Positions 12,176 through 23,682 of a DNA stretch of 64,000 nucleotides are shown piece after piece. A program made the translations under genes and the position numbers. Within the stretch, counting starts at the first letter, position 1. Each line of letters begins with the position of its first letter. This stretch comes from Eledone cirrhosa (Eukaryota), in the NCBI GenBank assembly GCA_964016885.1, contig OZ024740.1, positions 364,560,001 to 364,624,000 on the forward strand, given 5' to 3'. The notes beneath the pieces are model-generated. The model did not search any database, had not been told where the DNA came from, and worked only from the letters and a program-made list of their open reading frames with translations.

Positions 12176-15100
12176 AGCCTGACAGGATGGCATGGATGGT
12201 AAAAAGTCATTATGTAACTATATTGGTTGTATTTTAACCCTTTTGATATCAAACCATTTGAAACTGCCCATGCATCTACGATACAAAACTGTTTCTTTTA
12301 AAGTGTTTATATTTATCTAAAAAATTTTCATCATAATTTTATGTAAGAAACTGTTAAGTTCTAAACTCCAGTTGAGAATTAAGGAAGTTAGTTATATTAT
12401 TAAATACATCAAATTGTTAATTATTTTCTAAATTCCTCAAAAATCATAGGCAGTGTCTTTTATTAGAAATATGGTAATGAAAGTGTTAAGGATTTTGACT
12501 GTTTCATTAGAATACCAATAAATCAAACTGGTCCTAATAAGCTGTTTATATAGGTGGGTATATTAACATAAGATAATACAGCATCATTTTATGTCCACTT
12601 TCCATTCTACAGGGATTGGCCAGGTTGTCAGTCTTTGTGACTAGACAGGTCAGAAAGACCTCATTTTGCTCATAGCTGATGTGGTTTCAATGGCTGGATG
12701 CCATTCCTAATGCCAACAACTTTACAGTGTACTGGGTGCAGCATGAGAGAGTCTGTCATATGCTTGGCCTGACTGAAGAGTCCTATCTACCCCAGCTTTA
12801 AATTCAGTGTTAGCCTTTCGCTAACCTTTTAGCTATGACCTTTATTTTAGCGAGAGTAGCAGTGAATCATGATCTTAACATAGTTGCTAATGCTGAGTTA
12901 TGCTACGTTGTTGAGAAGATTTAGATATAGTTTACATAGTGATTCTTTCATTGGTTCAAACTAAAAACCACTACTTGATTTTAGCTGGAGATTAACTGTG
13001 AATAGTTAGCTGCTATTTATAAACACTGGCAGCATCATATGTTGTCTGGTCAGAGAATATTCTTCAATGTTGTTCTTGGCACTGGATTAACTAGAGGTGA
13101 ACCCAAATTAACCCTTCATTTGTATTGCAAGGTGAACATTTTATAATATAGTTAACTATTAAAAATAGTACATACAGATAGGCCTTGCTTGATGATATGT
13201 ATCCTCCTCTGTCTTGTATTCTGCATTATGAAGAAAAAAGTTACTATAACCTTTTCATTACCATATTTTCAAATCAATTTATATAATATAATTTTCTCAT
13301 TATTAAGCTGGTGTTAGGAACATACCTTAACAAAGGCTCTTACATAACATTCATGATCAAAGGGTTTTTGATAAATATGAATATTTAAACCTTTTTGTTA
13401 CTATGTTTCTAATGATAGGCAGTCTTATGACTGAAAATAATCAAGGATTTGGAGGGATGCTGAACAGAGGGTGAGGACAATCATGGTTAAAAAAAATTTA
13501 GTTTGTATTACTATTAGTATTACTAAAACAGTAATACAATGCAATTTATAAAAGCAAAATAATGATGACCTTATACAAAAGTTTCTGAAAAAACAATGAA
13601 ATCATTTTTAATAATGAAGAAATGTACTAAGATTCTTTTTTCTCAAAATGTCCTTGTAAAACCAGGAGGCGTCATATACGAAGGAACATTTAATAGGCCA
13701 GCAAATATGGTAATGCTATTAAGCTGGTGTCTGGAACATAACTTAAAGTTTCTTACATGAAATTATGATGGAAGGTTATTAAATGAGTTTAAAATAAATA
13801 GTTTGGTATCATAAAACTAGGAGCAGTTTCAGGTGATTTAGTATCAAAAAGGTTAATGAGATAATTTCTGAAAAATACAAAAAAAAAAAAAAATGGTTTC
13901 AAAGTAAAATTATTTACAATGATTTATGATTTATCATCAGTCAATGTATGAAGCATATCAGATATAATTTTTATGCAATATTTTAACTTCATTCACCTGA
14001 AAAATTTACCTGCATATAAATGAGTTGAAGTGTAGCCATAAGCTTTTATTTATCTATTTATTTATTTTTAAATTAAACAAGTTTTGAGAACATCTATTAT
14101 AAATCGCCATCAAACTCCCCAAACTAAAGTGTTCACTGATGTAAATCACCAATGGCAATCAAACAGTTTAACAGATCAAATCAGTCGGAAAGGAATTCTG
14201 AATTATAAAAGCTGTGCAGGTGTAGTGTAGTCTTTTGAAATTAGAATGACATATCAGGCATGCTATAAAATTCTGATGTATTTCCTGTGCCAAACCAACT
14301 GATTTACTTTATTTGATGGAGGGAATTGATATACTTTTATGTTATCTTCTATACACAGACATCCTTCCATAATAAACTTTTCATCTTTACATTTGCCAGG
14401 CGATATTCTCTGTGACTTGCTACCTAATTACTATAGTGTCTTGATAAATTTTAACCAGTTCATTACTGTATTTCTAATGAAAAACATTGCATATGATTTT
14501 CATATAATTTTGAAATTAATTCAGAATTTGGAGAGATTTAGTAATATAAATTCCTCAATATATGGGCTCACCTCTTTCTGTTCAAACCAGCCATAACTGG
14601 CTGCTCATACTTATGTTAAGATATTGTCCTCAAAATAAATAGTATCAAAATCTTATAGATTTGATATTATGCGAGATAATTATGTGAGATAAAGCCTTTA
14701 CTGCGAAAATACAATAGAATATATAAATAATGCAAATGCTAAAGGGTTAGCCCTTTAATGTTCAAAATCTCATAGATTCAATATTATGTGAGATAAAGCA
14801 TTTACCATGAAAATATAATAGTATATATAGAGTAATGCGAATGCTAAAGGGTTAATAAAGACTCTTATATAGAATTGTGGTGGAAAGTTTTTAGATATTT
14901 ATAAATACTTTAAAATAAACAGATTTATAACATAGAACCAGGGCTGGTTTGGGGCAGTTCGGTATCAAAAGGGTTAATGAAAATACCTCTAACTCCAGTT
15001 ATCCTTATCCCTGCATTTACTTACCTCAGTCTGTGTCAATAAGCATGAATGTCAGCTAATATGAATCTTGATCCTTAATCTTTTTGTGACCATATTTCTA

Positions 15101-16343
15101 ATGAAAGATTGATTTTCTATTAATTTTGAAAAAATAATTATGAATTTTGAAAGATTTAGTATTTTAACTTTTTTGTTACCAGATTTATAATTACACTACC
15201 TATGATTTCCTATTCAATTTCAAAAATAATGAAGGGTTTGGAGAAATTTAGTAATATAATTAACTTTCTAATGATCAAGTTGGTGTTTGGAACATAATGA
15301 AAATTGCTGACATAAGTATGATGGAAGGTTTAAATTTAAATACAGATGCTTTAAAGCAAGGATAGAACCAGGGGCAGTTATAAGCAATATCCTATCAAAA
15401 AGGTTAATGCTACAGGAACCAGGATTACATACTAATCTTATTATTGCCTCTCAAGACTATCTGTAGATATAACCAAGTAAACCTTTAGAGGTTGTGACCT
15501 GGTATGATCACAGCCCAATGACTCACCAGCAAAATGATAAACACACAGACATACATATTTATAAGCAGTTAATCAGAGTTAAAACTTGGGGTGGTGATAA
15601 TATTGAATAGCAAGATAGCAGTATGAGTATAAAGTATAACTGGGAGGTCTAGAAGTTGGAAGACTATCTTAGTAAATATCAGTTATACACTTGTACTTAT
15701 TTGAACTCAAGTATGTAATTAGCTTATTAATTTGATAGCTTAGTATGGTAGCTTGTGAAAACATCTTCAGTAGTATTTTAAAAACTTGTACATGACTTCA
15801 GTTCAAATGAAATCATGAACATTAAAAATTGATGCAATTTATCCTATTCATTCTATTCATTCACATAGCTTAGTGTGCATCTCACAATCATAACGGCACT
15901 ATTAATTGAAAGACCAATGAAAATATTGTTTCCTCAATCTGATCTGATGATTCTCTTTTCCTTTATATATACAAATGATATCGTGTAGGTGTCACGACAA
16001 AAAAACACATAGTCCACGCTGTAAATGTGGCCGTGTAGGCAACACGGTAAAAACCTCCCAGCCCCACACTGTAAATGTGGTTGGTGTTAGGAAGGGCATC
16101 CAGCTGTAGAAAACCCGCCAGACAGTCCACGCTGTAATGTGGCCATGTAGGCAACACGGTAAAAACCTCCCAGCCCCACACTGTAAATGTGGTTGGTGTT
16201 AGGAAGGGCATCCAGCTGTAGAAAACCCGCCAGACAGTCCTATGCGAGCAAGACAACCACTCTTGCCTCAAGTGGGAAAACCCCCGTCCAAACCCATGCA
16301 AGCGTGGAACACGGACGCTAAACCTTGATGATGATGATGATGA

Positions 16344-16377
<34 letters not shown>

Positions 16378-16604
16378 TCTTCATCGTTTAACATCCATTT
16401 ATCACATTAGCATGGGTTAGATGGGTTGTTCCATTAGAGGCAAGTTGGGTCAGGTGACCATGTCTTGCTCATATAGGGTTGTTTCTGGCTGGATGCCCTT
16501 CCTAATGCCAACCTCATTTACAGTGGGTGCTTTTTGTTGTGACCCCTACACAACCACATTACAGTGTAAGGGTGGTGTGGACAGAAGTGGGGGGTATATG
16601 GAAG

Positions 16605-16639
<35 letters not shown>

Positions 16640-16714
16640 GTTTTTAAAACCCAGTTCTTTTTGATTTTTTTCTGCATTGGAGAGAGAAAATATAGCTCTA
16701 GTGTCTGCAAAAAT

Positions 16715-17365
16715 AAGGCCACAAACGTGGGGACTGCTGCCCATATTGCAAATGAGAGGAAGATGACTAAATACCAGTCACTGACCGTTTCTTTTTGTGC
16801 CAGTTACCACTGTGACCTCCTGGACTATCACAGAGGGATTGAAGCTAACCAAGTATCAAGCTGTCACTGACTGTTTCCTTATTGTTCTAGCTGCCATTAA
16901 GACATCCATTGTACTCTGTCCCCAAACTACCCTAGAGGAAGAGAAGATGAAATACTAAGCTTTAACCCTTTAGCATTTACATTTCTCTATATTTACTATT
17001 ATATTTTCATGGTAAACACTTTACTTCACATAATTATCTCACATAATATCAAATCTATGAGATTTTGATATTATTTATTTTGAGAACAATACCTTAAAAC
17101 CAGTATGAGGGGCCAGTTATGGCCACTTTGAACAGAAAGAGGTGAGGGTCTTCTGGACGGATACGGCCGGTTTAAATGGTTAAGTGATCATTTCCTTTTT
17201 GTGCCAGTATCTGTCAAGACTACCAGTATCCTCAGACCTTGGATTGCCATTTTCTTCCACAGGATCAAGAGGAGGGCACTGAGGTGGAATGGCTGATGTA
17301 GCGGGTACCACTGACTGTTCTCAGCAGCAAAACTTTTGCTGTTGTGTCTGCAGGGTGCAGCTGAG
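16715..17365 (+). pseudogene. Two decayed C-terminal fragments of a CRE-like (restriction-like endonuclease) non-LTR retrotransposon; the second is split by MITE A
   Basis: KATNVGTAAHIANERKMTKYQSLT..FVPVT, and after removing the MITE, EEEKMKY*ALSDHFLFVPVSVKTTSIL; resembles the CRE motif AGxAAxxAExRKxxKY...FVPxAVETxG. Confidence 0.55.
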
Positions 17366-17624
17366 ATATACTGTCCAAACAAGGGTGTGGTGTTTGCTCT
17401 GCTCTCCCGACATGCCTCCCTTTTTTTAATTTTTTATTATTTTTTTAATTATATTCATCTTTTCTCCCCTCCCCTTTTCTTTGCTCAGTCTCCCCCTCTC
17501 TCAACCTCCTCCTCCCACAGCTCCCTCCCCCCTACACCAGTTGCCTGGAATGCAGTATTTTTGTTTGATTTCAGCCTTTAAACACTACTAGTAAGTATCT
17601 CTGAACAACTGTAGCTGCTTATTG

Positions 17625-17820
17625 ATATATACCATCACCAACAACATCATCACCACTATCACCATTACCATCATCATCATTATCACCACTACCACCCTCA
17701 TCTTTACCATCATCAACACCACTACCATCATCACCAACACCACTACCATCATCATCACTATTACCATCAACATCACCACTACACCACTACCTACAACAAC
17801 ACCCACAAATATCACTTCCC
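17625..17820. repeat. Cryptic (CAC/CAT/CAA)n low-complexity tract
   Basis: Direct; produces the spurious poly-T/I and poly-V/M ORFs. Confidence 0.85.
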
Positions 17821-19263
17821 AATTCATGACTATGACTAAAAAAAAGTCTGTTTACTGTAGTCAGAGCATCGTGTGTGTGTGTGTGTGTGTTCATATATTC
17901 TTTTACTGGTTTCAGTCATTAGACTGTGGCTATGTTGGAATACCACCTTAATTTAGTTCATCACATCAATCCCAGTACTTATTTTTTCACACCTAGTGCA
18001 TATTTATTTGTCCCTTTCTTTTTGTCGAACTGCTAAGTTCCATGACATAAACAAGGATGGAAATGTAAATACAGACCCCCCCCCCCCTCCCAACAAATCA
18101 CACACACACTGGGTTTCTCCAGTTTCCACCAACTAAATTCCACTCACAAGATATTGGTCAACCCAAGGCTGTAGTAAAAGAAGACACATGCCCAAGGTGC
18201 CACACAGCGGGACTGAATCCAGAGCTACATGGTTATGAAGCAAACACCTTAGCTACACACACATACATGCACTCACACATACACATACACACACACACAC
18301 TCACACATGTATATGTGTTTATATTTATAGTAACAAGGTTATAGGAAATATATTCACTATATTCTCGGTTGCTCCCATTATTCACTCATTGAGATTTAGT
18401 TTGAACATATAACCATGCAAAGCTGTCTCAAAGTGCTTACAAAATGTTTTTTGTAATGACGTGTGTGTGTGTATCAATCATCATCATTGTCGTTTTAACA
18501 TCTACTTTCCCTTCTAATGAGTCAGGTGGGTCCATATAGACCAAATCCATACTGAAGTAGAACCATTGATCTACCAAGCAAGTCAGGTATCTGTGTTTTG
18601 TTTATATATGGTCTAGTATTCCATCGAGTGCTCAGGAGAGGTTGTCATGCCTTTAACACAACTAAGGATCCTCCCAACCCTTTGTTTGGCAAGATTTATA
18701 TATACTATACTTGGTAAACATACTTGTATGCTGAGAGTGCTGCTGTTTTCCATCTCTGAATGCAGGAGTCAATGTCTTATCCTGCAATGAAGTAATTCTA
18801 GGTGTTTTGGCTTCTTCCACTGCAACACAGAACTACTTGGGGTCACTCAATAAAATTAATCAATAATAATTAATCCCCAGGTGACATAAAGGAACATATA
18901 AGAAAGGTTATGTAAAGAGTGAGAATAATACTACTACTGTAAGTTAATCTCCTATTAGAAGTTCACATGAAATAGTTTAACTATTAGTTAAGTCTAATTC
19001 TTACCTGATAGATGAGGTAGTAGGTAGAGACAACTTTATATGTATTTTCTTAACGTAACTCAATTGATCTGTATTTCATGACGATAGGAGGGAAGATGTT
19101 TTTGTGCCATATAAATAATTGATTGTCTAATTAATTAATTAATTTGACTGGCACTATATCTATCCTTATTGAAACAATTGTAGAGATAAATGATTGAAAT
19201 TAAATAACTACCTTGGTTTTCCTTCTGAATTGATTACACGCACGCACGCACGCACGCACACGC

Positions 19264-19308
<45 letters not shown>

Positions 19309-19589
19309 GAATCATACTATTTCCTATGTTCACAGTTCTTTTCTGCAGCTTTTGTTTATATATTTGTTATACCTTTGTATATTTTCCACTTCTTTTTTTT
19401 TTGTTTCTCAATGTTCGTATAGGTGGTGGTACGGTAATGTTGGCGTTGGTTGTGTTGAAGTTTTTATTGTTGTTTCTGTCTCTGAAAAAATACCACAATA
19501 CCAAGAAACATTTTAAACTTTTTTTTTTTTGATGGATGAAGTTTTTATTTACTATCAAAACTATTACTTTCCTGTATGTTAATGTAATG

Positions 19590-19740
19590 GTGCAGGCATG
19601 GCTATGTGATTAAGGAATTTGCCTCACAACCACATGGTTTGGGTTTTAGTTCCACTGTGATACCTTGGGCAAGTGTCTTCTACAATAGACTCACATTGAC
19701 CAATGCATTGTGAGTGAAATTTGGTAGATAGAAACTATGT
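19590..19740 (+). mobile_element. tRNA-derived SINE type 2
   Basis: ggcatggctatgtgattaag...ccttgggcaagtgtcttctac. Related tRNA-like heads at 18110-18255(-), 21284-21360, 32278-32515, 38820-38950(-), 42739-43410 (interrupted), 45682-46020. Confidence 0.7.
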
Positions 19741-20084
19741 TTATTACAGAACAGCTGTTAAAACAGCTAAATGCTGTCAAAGACAGCAATGGGCAAAAAT
19801 ACCTCAGAGGACAGGGACCAGCGGCCAGTGGTCAACAGAAAGAAGAGGAGGAGAAAGACAAGGAGAAGTACATTGGTGCACAGAAGTGACTGGAAGATGA
19901 ATTAAAGAAAGGTGGTGTACAAGACAAGTTTACACACACACATCTTCACCCTCATCAGCTCTCAAACCAGCAAAATGGTTTTGCAATCTATGTTTGTTTG
20001 TTTATGACTTGTAATTTAGTACCAGTCTTGAAAATACTAACTACTGGGCTCAGTCATTATCATCAGCATCTATGTCATATTTTA

Positions 20085-20355
20085 CAGGTTGCTTAGGTTG
20101 GGCAGGTCTTCTCCAACACAGCCTGCTTCCACTTTTTGTGTTCCTTCATCTTCCTCTTTGAGGTTCAGCATTTTGAGATTAGTTCTTCTCACCACTTCTG
20201 TCCAGATTTTACTTGGTCTATCTCTACAGCAACCTGGTTCTATTTGTTGCATTCCTTCTTCATCTCCTTCTGTGAGATTTGGTATATTGAAATCTGCTCT
20301 CACTACTTCTGACCAGGTTTTTCTTGGCCCTCTTCCATTGCAGCTTCCATGTTTG
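20085..20355 (-). pseudogene. RTE-type LINE C-terminal fragment, internally duplicated
   Basis: GSCNGRGPRKTWSEVVRADF.. followed by GCCRDRPSKIWTEVVRRTNLKMLNLKEE: two copies of the GRGRPRKTWxEVVRxDL motif. Confidence 0.7.
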
Positions 20356-22404
20356 ACTAAATCCCATCAGCATGACCACAGTCTAATCTCTAAAACCAGT
20401 AAAACAGTAATTTCAAAATAATTTCAATCAAATTACAAATATGCACATTGGTAAACTACTTTTATGTTGATGTGATGTATGTGTGTGTGTGTGTGTGCAT
20501 ATGTATAATTTTTACATATGTTTTTTGAGATGGAGAAGGTGGTAGAAAAGAATTAAATGTAAATCTAGTACATAGGCATGATGCCTTTCAAAGTCTTCTA
20601 GTTGCAGTTCTTGAAAAGAAAGGATGAGATTAGTCGAAACCTGATTAACTTAATATGATTGTTGGATGTTTATTTTTTTAAATCTTGATGTAAAGTAATT
20701 GGTGCAACCGCCAGGATTCTTGGTGTATTTTCAAAACAGTTTTTTTTTATTGCCTTTTAGAATAAATGTGGAATATATACAGATTAAATAACTTCTCCCA
20801 TCTCTCTCTCTCTGTCTCTCTCTCTCCTGAGCTCAACTTTCAATCTATCTATGTATCTTGTTGTTCCAATGTCACTTTTGACATCATATAGAAAGAAAGA
20901 GGGGTAGAGACAGTAAAAGAGAGAATTCACATATGGGTTGAAGGAGGGGCACACATACTGAGCTAAATGGCAAACAAAGAGTGAGAGATCTTTCTTCCAT
21001 GAAGTAGTCTCACTTAATCATGTTTTTGGCAAAATACACTTTCTAACTTGATGGGAGAGCACATTTTGTCAATTTTCTCTGGTGCTAAGCGGCAGATATT
21101 GGTTGGAATCATTACATTTAATTCAACACATTATATTCTTTATTTTAAAACTGATGCTTGCTTATTTGGAATGCTGCCAAAACACCAAAAAATGTTGGAA
21201 CTCACACAAATTAGTGCAGATGTTCTGTGTAATACAAGATGTCTGAAACAAAAATATGCTGAGAAACAACACTTTAAAAAATGGTGGAGGCTATGTGGCT
21301 ATCAAGATAAAGTGTTGGACTATTGACCACATGGTCATGAGTTCAAACTCCATACTGCAATGCATATTTTTTATTTACTGTGTATATAATCATGTAAAAA
21401 TGCAAGCAAGGAAAAGTGAATATAGAATGATAATGATGATGATGTAACATATACACAATTGAATGCAATTATTCTATTAGATAAACAACTTATGATAAAA
21501 TGGTAAATGGAAATAAAATCACAGGGAAAAGTTGCTTTTTTGGTGGGAAGAGGGGTGGGTATGTGTTTTCAATGTTTTTTTTTTTGTTCTCTTATATCTT
21601 TATAGATATAGATTTTCACTGTATTAAGTATATTGCTTCTATTGTGGTATTTAGAGAAAAAAGAACAAAGCTGGTCATCAGATTGGACCAAGGAAACAAT
21701 AATTCCATTGCTGATACTATCTATCGGTTGCTGCTCCTGGCTGAAGGATGTGGAACTTGAACTCACACACATAGCTAGATCAGATTCTGCAAACCATCCC
21801 ATCCTGTTCTTTAACAATTCCACCAATCCACTGCCCTCTTGATTTATATATAGGTACTTTATTTTTTCCCCCTGAAAGGAAAAGTTGACCCAGGCAGAAT
21901 CTGAAATTGAATTCAGAGCTCAGTGTGCTGGAAAAAATACCAAAACATTTACACCTTCACAATTCTGCCAATTTGTCACCTATTTAAATATGTGACTTTC
22001 TTTTTTTCTCTCCCTAGATTCAATAAAATAGTCTCTTGTGTTGTTGTTCCTGTAAAATAGGGAAATTGTGTGTGTGTGGTGGTGGTGGTGTTGGTGGGGG
22101 GTAATTGCTCATTATTTGTGATGCTATGAGCTTTGTTACATATTTAGGTAGATTTAATTTGGTAGACTAGTTCTTTCTGTAAATCCATTCATTTAACATA
22201 CTACTGTGTGTGTATGTGTGTATGTATGAGTGGTGGTTGTTTCACACACACACACAACTATGTCCACCAGGCTGTCTATGTGTGTGTTTGTGTTAATGTC
22301 CCCTCTCTCTCACACACACACACACACCACTCACAAATATAATGTGCTTATCACAAAAGACTGTTCCTAGTATGTGCAGCTGTGTTAGAAGAAAGCAATG
22401 TGGT

Positions 22405-23040
22405 CCTCCCCCTATCTCTATCTCACCATCCATCTCTCTCTCACTGTCCCTCTCTCTCTCCATCTATCTCTATCTACACACAATATCTATTCATCTATCC
22501 CTGCTTCTATCTACTTACTCTCCCTCCTCTCTCTTCAGAGTCTCTCCACACAATCTCTCTCTACCTCACACTACCACCTCACTAAGTTTCTCTTTACACA
22601 ATCTCTCTCTCTCTCTCCCCCTCTCTTTATTTCCCTCCCTTTCCCCACCTCACTAGTCAATCTCCCTCCACACAATATCTAAGGAATCTCTTTACTGACA
22701 ACATGACTAAGCTTATTTTCCTTGTCAGTTGTTTTTTTGTTTGTTGGTTTTTATATAGATTTCATTACCCCCCCTTCCCCACACAGTCTTCCCCTGTACC
22801 TCATTAACTCTCTTTTTCTCTCTCTATCAATCACATACTAACCTTCTCTCAGTCTCTCTCTAAATCTCCTCTCTTTTCCTTCACACTGACTCTCTTTTTC
22901 TTTCTTTCTTACTCTCTCTCTTTTTCTTTCTTTCTTTCTTTCTCTCTTTCTCTTATTTCTCATTCAACCCCTCTTTCACACACTTTCTCTCAAATTTACT
23001 CTCTCTCTCCCCTTCACCTCTCCTCTCTCTCCACCTTCTA
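22405..23040. repeat. Long polypyrimidine (CT-rich) low-complexity tract
   Basis: Direct. Confidence 0.85.
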
Positions 23041-23300
23041 CTTGCAACAAGGAAGGAACACAAGAATGTCTTCTCTTCAGAAGTTGACAGGTTTCTCATG
23101 TTATATTTTAGATTCATTATTTTCCTTCTTTAACTCTTCTTTCCTTCTTTCTGTTTTTCTTCAGTAATATCAGCTCTTTTCCACAAAAGAAAAAGAACGG
23201 GGTGGGGAGGGTTACATTTTTGGAGCTTAAAAATTATGATTATGATACTTTTTATCATTATTGTCATTATTATTATTATTATTATTTATTATTTATTATA

Positions 23301-23682
23301 ATTGGCAGTATCGGTAGAGGGTCGGACACCATGCTTTCCAGCATAGTTACGTCCCTTTACGATCTGAGATCAAATCCCGCCGAGGTTGACTTTGCCTTTC
23401 AACCTTATGGGGTCGATAAAATAAAGTACCAGTAATGCACTGGGTAATTGCTGGCCTTGTGCCTAAAGTAGAAACAATTATTTATTATAATTGGCAGTAT
23501 CGGTAGAGGGTCGAACGCCATGCTTTCCAGCATAGTTACATCCCTTTACGGTCTGAGTTCAAATTCCGTTGAGGTTAACTTTGCCGTTCATCCTTACGGG
23601 GGTCGATAAAATAAAGTACCAGTAATGTACTGCGATAATTGCTGGCCTTGTGCCAAAAGTAGAAACAATTATTATTATTATT
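23301..23682 (+). mobile_element. Head-to-tail dimer of SINE type 1 (23301-23480, 23490-23670) with (ATT)n tails
   Basis: Both begin attggcagtatcggtagagggtcg and end gtagaaacaatt(att)n. Confidence 0.9.
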
